Notes under the pieces: generated by a model
What the model was told of the DNA's origin: nothing
Databases searched by the model: none
What the model saw: only the letters and a program-made list of their open reading frames with translations
NCBI GenBank assembly: GCA_043228905.1
Contig: JBHGNT010000002.1
Span: 3,596,001 to 3,660,000 of the forward strand
Direction of reading: 5' to 3'
DNA: 64,000 nucleotides
Source: Azolla caroliniana
Taxonomy: Eukaryota; Plantae; Polypodiophyta
Part shown: one piece after another, positions 12,320 through 23,518 of the stretch
Position numbering within the stretch: the stretch's first letter is position 1
How the letters are laid out: every line of letters starts with the position of its first letter
Translations under genes and position numbers: made by a program

Positions 12320-14119
12320 TTAATAGCTCTTCACCGGGCATTGGTTACTATAATGGCCTTCCTGTCGACAGTAGTAGCAGTAGGCCTTCCGAGTATTGCT
12401 AGATTCGGCATTGTCTGTTGTACTCGGGGCAGGTCCTGCGGTACGCGCGGGGTTTTGTACCGGTTGGCTACTTGGAGCTCCTTGTTCTGGATCCCGGGGG
12501 TAGCCGCCTTTTTTAAAATGCCGTTTTTTGTTATAGCTCTTCTTATTACGGTACTCTTGACGGGGTTGCCCGTTATATCTGCCGTATTCCTCCCGTTGCT
12601 GACGATACCCGGGGGAGTGCTCCCGGTCGTAATGTTCGTATCGTCTATTGTAATCCTGGTACCGATCATGCTGGTCATAGTTATCCCGCCGATCACCGTA
12701 CCGGACATCATTTTCCCATCGATCGCCATACCGGACATCCTGTGCCGGTCGGTCACGGTCCATTCGCCGCCAGCGTTCGTCTTCTTCATCCCGGCTGCTG
12801 CGTGGCTCAATTTGTCGGACGGGCGGTGTTTGCCGGTTCAACAGATTATACTCGCACCTATCCGTCGTATGGCTCTTGGATTGACAGATTACACATTGCT
12901 TCCTCATAGTGCATTCTAGAGCCGAGTGTCCGGAATTCAAGCAGGTGGTGCACTGTATTGCTTGCCGAAACCGGAGGTCTTCATCGGACGGTAACGCCCG
13001 TTGAAGTGCTCCCAGTGTGAGCCAGGAGCTTGTCTTTTCCATCTCTCTCACCCGGTCAATGACCTGGTTGATGGTACTTGTGCGGAAGTCAATTACCGTG
13101 CAAACCGTGCGTAGGGGTTCTCTGAGCGCGTTTAGGAATATAGTCCGTAATTCCTCCTTCGGGGGTGCGCGGGCAAGCTGACTATGCATCCGTTGAAACC
13201 GGATGACAAATTGGGGAATACTCTCCCCTGCCTCTTGCCGGATGGTATAAAATAAGCCTACCATTACGGTCTGGTCTACCTCCTTTTGAAAAAAATGCAA
13301 GAATTTAGCTTTTAAATCTGCAAAGGTGTTGATGGTAGACGGGTCCTGCGTCCGACACCATCTTGCTGCCGGTCCCTCCAATGTGACGCCAAATTCCGCT
13401 ATCTTAGAGCGTTCTTCTTCCTCCGGGGTCAATCGCTGGGACACATGGTTGGCTTCCCATGTCTGTTCAAAGGCGTGCACATGAGCTTCCGCGTCCGGAT
13501 CATCTCTATACTTCGAGTACTGGAACGGCATGTCGTCGTCCGGTATCGGTGCGCGGGCTGGTAGTGTTGGTGCTCGTTCTAGAATTTTCTCCGGTGTCAG
13601 TGGTCTTTCCCGATTTGTTTCTGGCGTCGGTTGTTTTTCCTCTTCCTTTGGTGACGGAGGCCTCTCCTCTTCGACTTCCGGTGTCGGAGGTCGCTCTTCC
13701 TCTGCTGGTTCTGGGGGTTCCAGTGTTAGCACTTCCGGTTCTGGTGTCGGTAAGGTATCCGATCCTTCGTCCTCCGGTCCGCCTGGGGTTTCGTTGCTGC
13801 TACGGTAGTTCGTGTGCATGCTGTATTCCCCTTCGGAGTCCGATTCATATGCTGAAAAGGCTTCTACTTCGCCTTCTCCGTTTGCCAACGTGTGGAGAAG
13901 GGATTCGGTTTCCTGGAGGCTGCTTAGGCTGCTGCCGTCGTTCGGGTGCGATGTTTGCTGTAACCAGAGGGAGTCCTCCGCTACTCTCCGGATTACGTTG
14001 GAAAACGAGCGATCCGCTCTAATTTCCTGCGCCGCTTGCTGGAAAGCTTCGCGTCTCCTTTGCCTTTCGGCAAGGCGTCGAGTTCGATCTGTAACCAGGT
14101 CGTGCGTTGATCTAGACAT
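12320..14119 (-). CDS. gag: gag of gypsy copy 1 with three CCHC-type knuckles
   Basis: Retrotransposon-gag core (IRQEAGESIPQFVIRF), CTTCLNSGHSALEC, CVICQSKSHTTDRC, CYYCRQEGHYSNQC. The TAA at its end is GAA in copy 2, suggesting an original single gag-pol ORF. Confidence 0.9.
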   Translation of the reverse strand: MSRSTHDLVTDRTRRLAERQRRREAFQQAAQEIRADRSFSNVIRRVAEDSLWLQQTSHPNDGSSLSSLQETESLLHTLANGEGEVEAFSAYESDSEGEYSMHTNYRSSNETPGGPEDEGSDTLPTPEPEVLTLEPPEPAEEERPPTPEVEEERPPSPKEEEKQPTPETNRERPLTPEKILERAPTLPARAPIPDDDMPFQYSKYRDDPDAEAHVHAFEQTWEANHVSQRLTPEEEERSKIAEFGVTLEGPAARWCRTQDPSTINTFADLKAKFLHFFQKEVDQTVMVGLFYTIRQEAGESIPQFVIRFQRMHSQLARAPPKEELRTIFLNALREPLRTVCTVIDFRTSTINQVIDRVREMEKTSSWLTLGALQRALPSDEDLRFRQAIQCTTCLNSGHSALECTMRKQCVICQSKSHTTDRCEYNLLNRQTPPVRQIEPRSSRDEEDERWRRMDRDRPAQDVRYGDRWENDVRYGDRRDNYDQHDRYQDYNRRYEHYDREHSPGYRQQREEYGRYNGQPRQEYRNKKSYNKKRHFKKGGYPRDPEQGAPSSQPVQNPARTAGPAPSTTDNAESSNTRKAYCYYCRQEGHYSNQCPVKSY

Positions 14120-14155
14120 CCATCCGTGCTGTCGTTCGCTGCAAAAATAGGAATC

Positions 14156-14165
14156 GTGGTCGCCA
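14156..14165 (-). promoter_or_regulatory. Primer-binding site TGGCGACCAC (tRNA-Arg-like)
   Basis: 7 nt downstream of the 5' LTR; identical in copy 2 (29190-29199). Confidence 0.7.
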
Positions 14166-14172
14166 AAAACTG

Positions 14173-14608
14173 TGTTAACTCTTCGGGCCGGACAATGGCC
14201 TAACACAGGGTGTCTACGGGAGACACTTCACCAAAGGGTGTTACGGCAACCGGATTAGACTTCAACGCTTAATCCTACTTGATTAAGTTACTTATTATGA
14301 TCGTCTTTCATAACACACGCGTAAGATATAACAATTAAGATAGAACGGCAATTAACACAGAGAGATAACAATGCTTAAGCTTCCATTAATTAACCGCCAA
14401 TGATTACATTGTATCCGGGCCTTTAAATAGGTTTCCGGTCTGTATTACAAAACGGTGCCATCCGCACCTGTTCGGGATCGGTCCGGATCCGGAACGGCAT
14501 ACCGTTTCCGGTGCGTCCGTCCACACTCATAGCTTAATTACAACCACATTCCTACTACTTAAATAACTCTCCGTTTCCCACTCTGGACTCCTTTGCCGGC
14601 CGGTAACA
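14173..14608 (-). repeat. 5' LTR of gypsy copy 1
   Basis: Direct repeat of 4673-5108. Confidence 0.97.
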
Positions 14609-15009
14609 CCTGAGTCCAATTTTTCTACAATTAACGCAGTCTAATTCTTAAAACATATCTAGAGCTATCAGCAAACAAAGGATTCCATAACAATGCTGCC
14701 TTAAAATTTGGGCTTTTGTTGCTGGAAGTTGAAATAGGAAAGCTTCTCTAATGTCCTTCCATGCCCTCAAGATACCTATAAAGAAGCTCATAGAACAACA
14801 TTATGAGCCTTAATTCGAATTCAAAGTTAAACAACTATTGAAAATTATCTTGCCATTGTCCTCCTATTGTAGGCTAAATGTTATGAAGACATAACAACCA
14901 CAGCTTTTTCTACAACTCATTCCCAAGCATAAATCCTCTCACAACATGCTTTGCAAGAATGGCCTTACTCTAGAGCAAAGGATCTACTAAGCCCAGTCCA
15001 CCTTCACGT

Positions 15010-15896
15010 TGTCGGGGTAGTTGTGGTTCGTGCGGCAAAGTCGCAGGGACTAAGGTTAAGGGGAGTTGAAGGAACTTAAATTTTAATAAGGATTGTATGG
15101 TGATGTTAGAAAGGTTAAGAATAGCAAGAAGAAGAGTTACGAGTAATGTGTGTGAGAGAGAGAGAGACGAGAATAGATAGAAGATAGAGATAATATATGA
15201 TTCAAGAAGCAAGACAGAGACAAAGTATGATTTAAGAAGCAAGAGTATTTGATATAAACATGATGTATATTAAAAAGACAATATTTTACCAACTTTACAA
15301 TCCTTGATCACAAACTGAACCCATTCTCTACCGACCCTTGATTTGAACCCACGACCTCAACTTCGAAACGAGAGGTTCTCCACCCAATGAGCTAGTCTTC
15401 TCTACTTAATTATATTATTTTCTCACTCACTCTTGATTGATTGCTTCTTGTTTCCTTGCCCCTCTTTATATAAGGGTTGCCATGCATATGGTAATGTATG
15501 GGAGCATGGCATGCATGCAATGCATGAGTTACATGTAATGCATGATCGCCATTTGGCGCACATGCATTGCATGATGGCTATGTATGAAAATAGATATGGG
15601 ATAGGTATAATGATGAAAATGCATTCTAAAATAATTAACCTAGCTTAGTGGTGTATGCTTTGTGTTTGGTATATAAGGTTGAGAGTTCAAGTCTCTCTAT
15701 TTTACTCAATACAATATATAGCTTCATTCTTATATCATGAAGTATAGTTTTTTTCAAACCTTTACAAATAAATAGCCTAGCCTAGTGGTATGTACATTGT
15801 ACTTTGTATATAAGGATGTGGGTTCAAGTCTCTCAAATATTATTAAATACAACATTTAAGCTCATTTTTATATTGTGAAGCACATTCTTCACGACA
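15010..15896. mobile_element. Solo LTR with 4-bp TSD (ACGT) containing tRNA-like A/B-box modules
   Basis: TGTCG...CGACA termini, ACGT at 15006-15009 and 15897-15900; the LINE sequence resumes across it. Confidence 0.8.
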
Positions 15897-17415
15897 ACGT
15901 ATTGGCGGATTAAAACCGACCAAGCAACTTTTGCAACAACCCTTGATCCCAAAGGGGCACTCCAAATAAAATTACAAACTAAGCATTGTAGTTTCAATAT
16001 AATAGAGCGTGAAAATAGTTAGGTTGATGCAACATACAACATTGATGCAAGCAAAACCGAGTTTGCCACAACCATCCTTCTTGGTAAAGACAAATTAGTG
16101 GTATACCAATACAACAATTTATTTCTAACCCATAACAAAAGAGGTGTTAACATCTCTTCTGCTCACAAATCTAACCCCACTTGACAGCCCAAATATTGTA
16201 CGGTTGTACCTCAAGGTACCCAAATAAAACCTGGAGTTGGCACATCTTGTGGAGGAGAAGACGACGCAACCCAAAATCCCATGGACTTGTCCCAATTGAT
16301 CAAATCTCCTGAAGCATCACGAAAACCCCTGAGTTTTGTTTTTAAGAACATACATATCAACTCTACGAGGGAGTAGATACAAGCGTTGTCAAAATGTGGC
16401 ATGTGCATAAGAGAAATTTAATTAAACTAGGATTATTTAAAAGCTTGATTGATAGATCAAAGGTGTGAAGAGAAAGACAATTTGTGACTTTATTATTATT
16501 ATTATTTAGGAAAGAAAAGGCGTGACATGTGCCAAAATAAAAAAAGCACATGATTTTATTTGAGAAGAAAGCCTCCTTCATCCTATAAAAGGGTGAAGAG
16601 AAAGCAAACAAGGGGGGTTAAGGAGAGAGACTAGGAAGCTCTGCCAAATTGGGAGGCAAGGGTGGCGAACAAGAGGGTGTGTAAGACCAACATCAACAAG
16701 AGGTAACATTGTGGTCGTTGATTGTTTGGAGATTACACCGAAAGTCGAGGATTTTCCACTAAACCTTCACTCTTATTCTTATTCTTTTCATTATCATCAT
16801 ATTCTTGTTGTTCTCCACAAAATAATTGTTGTTTTAGGGTTTTATTTACATATTTTTTGTGAAATTTAGGGTTTTTAGTTCAGTGTTAAATTTCCGAAAA
16901 ATTATCATCATTGTAATAAAAAAATCCAAAGAGAATTTCTTTCATAATCCAACATTTTAGCTAGGGATCGGCAACGGCTTGGCTCAAGCCTAAACCGGTT
17001 TAAACGGCTTAGCGGCTCGGCTCAGTTTAGGTTTGAGCCTACCTAAACGGTTTGAGCTCGGCTCGGCTCGGCTCGAGCCTTGCCAAACTAGCTCAAAGCG
17101 TTTAAGCCGTTTATGTGATTTAAGAATTAGGGTTTAGAAAGTTAGAAATTAGACAGTTAGAACTTGAAAATTGACAGAGAGACTAGTAGGAAGCCATAGG
17201 TAGTAGACTGTTGAGTGATGAGAGAGGGAGGGATAGAGAGGGAGAGGGAGCTTGCATAGTGTTAAGTGGACAATTAGAGGACCTCCTTGTTGTTATATAC
17301 ATTCTTTGGAGAAGGATTGGATCACCAAGAGTGGCAGGTCGCCATAACCTCAGGGCTCATGGTTTGGGTGGTGGGAGGTAGGGGATTCGTGTATGACAAC
17401 CGACCAATCATAGTA

Positions 17416-20400
17416 AACACCGGGACATTTGGAACAGGTAATATGTCGCATTTTGAGAACTGTCCATCAAAAAATGACACGATTCACAAAAAGGGGTGCC
17501 GCATGCGTAAAGGAATTTTAAAAATGACCCAAAAATATATTGATTTTTAACATGTACGGAAATTTAGGTGTTCAAAAAAATGCCTAAATAATGGACATGC
17601 CAAACTTACAAATGAATGTCCAAAATGACTAACCCCAATATTTATAGAAATTCTGAATCCAAATCTTGATGTGGAATACAATATTTATAGTTAACGTTTC
17701 AGGACAATCATTTTTCAAGTTTATGTCATCATCTTCATACCCATTAGATGAACTAGTACGAGTTTATGAGGTCTCATCCTCATCATCAATGGCAACTAAT
17801 GCATTGTGTTGATCCAATTGCAATCCAACCTCATCGAGTTTATGAGTCATGCTTCTTGTTTGTCTTTGTGTTGTGTCTAAAGCCACATTCCAGATCCTCT
17901 TTTAGTATCTTCATTGTGGTCTGTCACAGATAACTTGTTTTGGTCAAAGATAAGTCATACACTAATATATAAACATTATCCAATGTAAGAGTAGATGTGC
18001 TTGATGCATCTTTCCTCCTCACTTTTTGGTTATGATATTTCATTATGTACTTTCCATTTACAAGATTAGATTATGTGAGAGAAGCTTTCTACCAAAATCA
18101 TTAGAATCTAAAAAATGTCTTAAAGATGTTTTCCATTTTTCTTAGATTCTCATAGTAAGCCTTTGATGTCGTACAGAAATCCGATTCATTCCATCTAGAT
18201 TTGACGCAACATGTCGAATTTTACTCTATACATCTAGAATTGGATATAATGCATCAGATTCCTGTAAGTCTTGGAATTTTAAAAAAAAATTCCATTAAAA
18301 AAATACTCTTGCATTTTAATGCATTGCATTGAATTCTAGCTACATAGACTAAAATATGATACATTACATGGATTTCCCGAAAATACATAAATAAATACAA
18401 ATTGAAAAAATAAAACATTTTCCCATAAATAAATAAATAAACATTTTTTATTTTACTCGTAAATAAATAAATAAAAATTGAAAAATTAGATTTCAATGGA
18501 AATCCAATTCCGTGCATCGGATTCAATTGAAAATCCAATTTCTCTTATTTTTTTGAAAATTTTCTTATTTTTTGAATTGTTTTTGAATTTGTTTTTATTT
18601 TTCCCATAAAAAAATAAATAAAAATTGAAAAAATGTATTTTCAACGGAAATCCGATGCACTGCATCGGATTTTGGTTGAAAGTCCACTTTTACGTATTTT
18701 TTTCCAAATTTGCTTTTTTTTTAAAAAAAATTTTGAATTTTTTTAAATTTTTTCTATAAAAAATAAATAAATATTGAAAAAATAGATTTTCAATGGAAAT
18801 CCGATGCACTGCATCGGATTTCCGTAGAAAATCCACTTTTTCTTATTTTTTTTCCAAATTTTCATAGTTTTTAGAATTTTTTTCGTATTTTGTTTGTCTA
18901 TTTTCTCATAAATAACTATATAGAAATTGAAAAAATGAATTTTCAAAGCATCGGATTTCTATTGAAAGTCCACTTTTTGCTATTTGTTACCAAATTTTCA
19001 TATTTTAAAATATTTTTTTGTATTTTTTAATTTTTTTTTCATTTTTTCCCATAAATAAATAAATAAAAATTGCAAAAAATGGGTTTTCAACAAAAATCCA
19101 ATGCACTACATTGGATTTCTATTGAAAATCCATTTTGTCTTATTTGTTTCCAATTTTTCAGATATTTTGAATTTGTTTTTGTATTTGTTTTTGTATTTGT
19201 TTTGAATTGTTTTTGTTTTTATCATAAATAAATATATAGGAATTGAAAAAAATGGATTTTCAACGGAAATCCGATGCACTGCATCGGATTTCCATTGAAA
19301 GTCCACTTTTTCTTGTTTGTTTACAAATTTTCTTATTTCTTTATATTTTTCTCTAAAAACGTGTTAAAAATAAACAAATTGTGATTTTCTCCATTTAAAA
19401 TGATGTGTTTTCAACGGGAATCCGATGCAGTGCATCGGATTCCCATTGAAAACAGATCATTTTCAATAGGATTTTCAATGGAAATCCGATGCACTGCATC
19501 GGATTTCCGTTCAAAATCACTGAGTTTCAACAGAAATCCGATGCAGTGCATCGGATTTCCGTTGAAAGTCCAATATTTTTCTTATGTTTTTTCATAAAAC
19601 ATTAATTTGCAATTGAAATTCGACTCAATGGTTTAGATTTTGTTGAAAATGTAATATTTTTTTATTATCTCATTGTTTTATGAAAAACCTAAAATAAATT
19701 TGGATTTTTAATTGAAATTCGATGTAGTGCATTAGATTTCAGTTGGAAATCCACTTTTTTAATATATTTTTATTTAGTTTTTGAAAAAATGAAAAACAAT
19801 TGAAAAGAAAGAGGATTGCCAGCTAAAATCTGATGCAATGCATCAATGTCTAGCTGTATAGACTACGATCTGATGTAGTGTATCGGATTTCAGTTGAAAA
19901 GCCGTTTATTATTATTTTATATGGAAAATAAATAAATAAATAACATTGGAAAAAGAAAAAAGAAAAAAGGATTTTCGACTCTAATCCAACGCATTGCATT
20001 AGATTCTAGCTATATATACTAAAATATAATGTAGTGCATAGTATTTTAGCTGAAAATCCATTTTTTATTTTTTAATGGAAATTTTTTTAAAAATTACAAA
20101 AAAAAAAAACTTGGATTTTCAACTGAAATCTAGTGCATCGCATTGGATTCCAATTAAAAATCCAAGATTTTTTATTTTTTCAAATTTTATTGTTTCAAAT
20201 TTTCAATGGGTTTTAGATTAGTTTTCTGCCACAGGTATATAATATAAAACTTACATCAATTTAGATTAACGTTATATTCTATTCTTCAGTTTGATGTTAC
20301 CTGTGCAATTTCATTCTACTGTCATGTACTACTAAAACATACGCCGTAAAGATTATCAGGAACTCTGTTGCATTAGAGAAGGACCTTGAGCAAGTTAATG

Positions 20401-21345
20401 TCATCAAAATGAGGATCCAAGGTATCTGGGGTTGTCCTGATCAAGACCAAGAAGTTGGGGCAAAGCATATCAATAAAACTTAGATGTTCCAGATGACTTT
20501 TAGAAAACTTGTGGAACTATAGATGAAGACACAGGGCAACTTGTTGAATTAGAAGACGTTTCAGAGTCTGAACATACTAACAATTCAACTTAGCGTATTG
20601 ATGAAGCCAATGAGGACAATCCTGATGAAAGAGCTAATCCTGAGTAGACAGCTTTACCAGACTTATTATTCGATTGAATGGTTATGGCTTATTGTAAATT
20701 TTGAACAATATGAATTGTTAAATTTTGACGTAATATATAAGTTGAGCTTACTTATAATTTTCGTGTAACAATCATTGAACTTAGAAATTAAGTATACTTG
20801 TATGTGTACATGTTATCTAAACTCTCCTTTATCATTTGGGGTATATCGGAGATAAGTTTATACTCTATCATTTACTCGTATGATTGGAATGCTATTGTAG
20901 ACTAGTTTATTTATACATTGACAGTGTCATGTATCACGTGTCAATAGAAATTTTCTCTTGACATAGTAGTATCTCTTAATTGCAAGGTTCACAATTTGCT
21001 TTAAGATGTATTATATTTAAATATACACACATAATTAGAAGAAGTCACTTATTCAATGGGGCATGCTTTTTAGAATATGCACAAGGACCCGTGTTACTAT
21101 TATACTTGTGTTGACAAATACACCCCTGTCTAAGATTTGGACAAAAACATGGTAGATAGAATATACGTCGGATGATTTTGTTGACGTGATATTAGTTAGT
21201 TCTTTTTTTTGCTATGTTTTCATAAACCACATACACATGCGTCGTGCCTTGTTGAAATTCTTCTTAAATAAGGCATTTTTTAACATCTCACTAAGATATG
21301 AAAAAGAGAATGCGACATATTACCTGTTTCAAATGACCTGGTGTT
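17416..21345. mobile_element. Non-autonomous TIR element nested in the hAT element, superfamily unassigned
   Basis: ~37-bp TIR AACACCGGGACATTTGGAACAGGTAATATGTCGCATT matched at ~21309-21345; flanking AGTA on both sides. Confidence 0.8.
18250..20170. repeat. Array of ~50-bp palindromic units separated by A/T-tract spacers
   Basis: Repeated ttttcaacggaaatccgatgca(c/g)tgcatcggatttccattgaaa, e.g. ~18638, 18788, 19257, 19410, 19471, 19525, with more degenerate copies outward. Confidence 0.9.
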
Positions 21346-21959
21346 AGTAGTATACAGAGAGGGAGTCGTGGAGGTGGGACTTGGAGTTGAATTTCGACTC
21401 ACTAGTGGTAAGGCCAAGGGGGTGGGAGTTATGAGGAGGAATTAGAATTAGAATTTTTATCGTCCATAAAGAGGCCAATTTTGACATATGGGACCAAAGT
21501 ATACATGTGTTCTTGATATATGTCTCCTTCCTAAGAAGGGGTATTCATACGTTGAAGCAGAAAGTCTCTATGTGTTAGTAAAGCATACGTATATGGGCTC
21601 AACCTTCTAGGTGGTGTCTTAAGTATGGCACTTAAGTTATCACTCCCTCTTAGTATGTCAGCATATCTTGAACGAAGAGTAGGAGGAAGTGGTACTCGTG
21701 TTTTTTGGGTTTCTTCAACTTTTTTATCCCAAACTGGCTCCCCAACCGCTTCACAAACCAGTTTAGGGATCGATTTGGTTTAGGTTTGAGAACCCCAAAA
21801 CGGTTTAGGCTTAACCAGTTTGGCTTGCATAAATAAGGCCAAACCGGTTAAGCCTAAACCAAACCGTTGCCGATTCCTAGTTTTAGCCTATAAAAGGACT
21901 ATCTAGACTTAGTATTGTAAAATCCATTCATAATCTCCAGGTTCTTTGGGCTAATTACT

Positions 21960-23240
21960 TGTTAATCTTGGGCATAATTGAATGTTCCAATTGCTACTAC
22001 ATTCAACTTTGGGATCCCTTTAAGTCTAGGATACCTTTGACTTTGACCTACCTTCGACTTTAGGCTACCTTCAACTCTGGCCTACCTTCGACTCTCACTA
22101 TTAAGGGCATGACCATAAATTATCCCATGGTTAGTTTGTACCACAATATTCTATACACATGGATAAAGTGTGAGGGTTAACCGAGATTGTAAAGATGGGA
22201 AGATTACTTTTAATCCAAGAAATTGAGATAATCCATAAGGGCCAAGTGTGAACTTACCCGGGGGCCTTAGGTCTTGCTATAAATATGAGGCCTTGCTACC
22301 CTCATTTAACACATTATCGACTACGTCGAGACTCTGATCTTGTGGTGATGAAACTCTTGTAGCGAGCGCTCCAATACCAAGTACGACTCGATGCCATGAC
22401 AGTGGTATGAGATGCCGATCGAGGCTCAAGTTCGTCTCGATCCCTTCACTTGGGGGTGGTCGGGTGGATTGACACCCTTCTTTCTCTCTCTTCTCTATAT
22501 ACCTATTTTATATTTCCTTATCTTTTGCTTACATTAGGATTAAGCTCTAACAGTTGGTATCCGAGCGTCCTTTTTCTAATGTTTCTTTTGTTGTGATTTG
22601 TTTTGGATGGTGATCGATTGACATTTGTACAAGCTTGATCCAAAAATGCATCAACACGTTCACATTCACAAGTGGAAGGATTGCGCATTCCACTTGTAGA
22701 TTCCTTTTATAATTGTGCAAATTTACGCTATCTACAGAAACTTGATACACCAATATCACATGTTCAATTGCATGATTAGAATTTGCAAAATTATTAATAT
22801 GTAACAGGTCTCAAAATGGAAAACATGTGGTTTCCAATACAACTTTAAAGTTGATGATCTGTAGATGCGACTATAGTTAAATTCAAGAATAGCACAATGT
22901 CACACTTATTTGACTCAAGTTAAAGTTTCAAAACAAAGTTTCTATATTTGGGAAATGCTTTTGTGAAAAGGTGAGGTGTTCATGTAACCATACTATAAAA
23001 GTGAGTTAGAACTCAAGAGTCTGACTATCACTATAATGGTCTATATAGCGTTTGGTATGTAGGTTTAAGGACATTATGAGAGTGTAGATGCCAGGATTGG
23101 AAGTGAATCACACTATATATTTGTGATTAAGGTCGATGCAATCCAATCCTTAGGTGAATCTTATAGGATTGTGGACCTTATGATAATGTTAGTGAAAAAG
23201 TGAGGATATTAAACAATGGATATTTGTGATTAAAGTTGTG
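21960..23240 (+). mobile_element. Degenerate LTR retroelement remnant (LTR end plus tRNA-Met-type PBS)
   Basis: CTATAAATA at ~22277, LTR-like end ..CTAACA at 22552, TGGTATCCGAGC at 22555-22566; outer boundaries uncertain. Confidence 0.5.
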
Positions 23241-23518
23241 TCAACCACTCTCAATTAGCAATGTTTCTCCAAAATTGAACCAAACACCCACCCATACAAA
23301 CCCATGAATACCCTTGATATTGTCAACATTTATGTTTAATATCATTGAAATCCAAAAGTTCAACCAGCTATTGTGTGCACTTGAATCCAAAATTAGAGAG
23401 AATTGGAAAATTCTAAACCAAAAGTATATGTAAATAATATTAAAATACATGATATAAATAAATCTTCATATTAAAGAGTTTAATTCATAAGTTTACATAG
23501 TATATTGAATACAATGTT

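Larger units (their letters stand above)
4673..14608 (-). mobile_element. Ty3/gypsy LTR retrotransposon (non-chromovirus type) with extra 3' ORF, copy 1
   Basis: 436-bp TG..CA LTRs (4673-5108, 14173-14608; one mismatch seen), TSD CCCGA/CCTGA, domain order gag-PR-RT-RH-INT, several stops/frameshifts. Confidence 0.97.
3491..16350 (-). mobile_element. Decayed L1-like LINE ORF2 split into 3491-4672, 14609-15009 and 15897-~16350 by two LTR insertions
   Basis: FRDASGDLINWDKS...YLG (16211-16408), AKVAW...EGGLGL spanning the solo LTR, and zf-RVT-like C..C...ETLKHLFWTC...W (3491-3940). Confidence 0.8.
16962..21879. mobile_element. Non-autonomous hAT-type DNA transposon
   Basis: TIRs TAGGGATCGGCAACGG / CCGTTGCCGATTCCTA, 8-bp TSD ATTTTAGC/GTTTTAGC, subterminal aaaccg/gctcgg repeats; no transposase ORF. 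Confidence 0.88.

Noticed and set aside
12206-12919. Antisense/alternative-frame ORFs over gag-pol (also 31011-31589, 61959-62773)
   Set aside because: Shadow ORFs of GC-rich coding sequence with no recognisable motifs.
15325-15835. Functional tRNA genes
   Set aside because: Only A/B-box remnants; no convincing cloverleaf; located inside an LTR.
18250-20170. CRISPR-like appearance (palindromic repeats with spacers)
   Set aside because: Spacers are low-complexity, mutually similar and variable in length; no cas genes; eukaryotic TE context.
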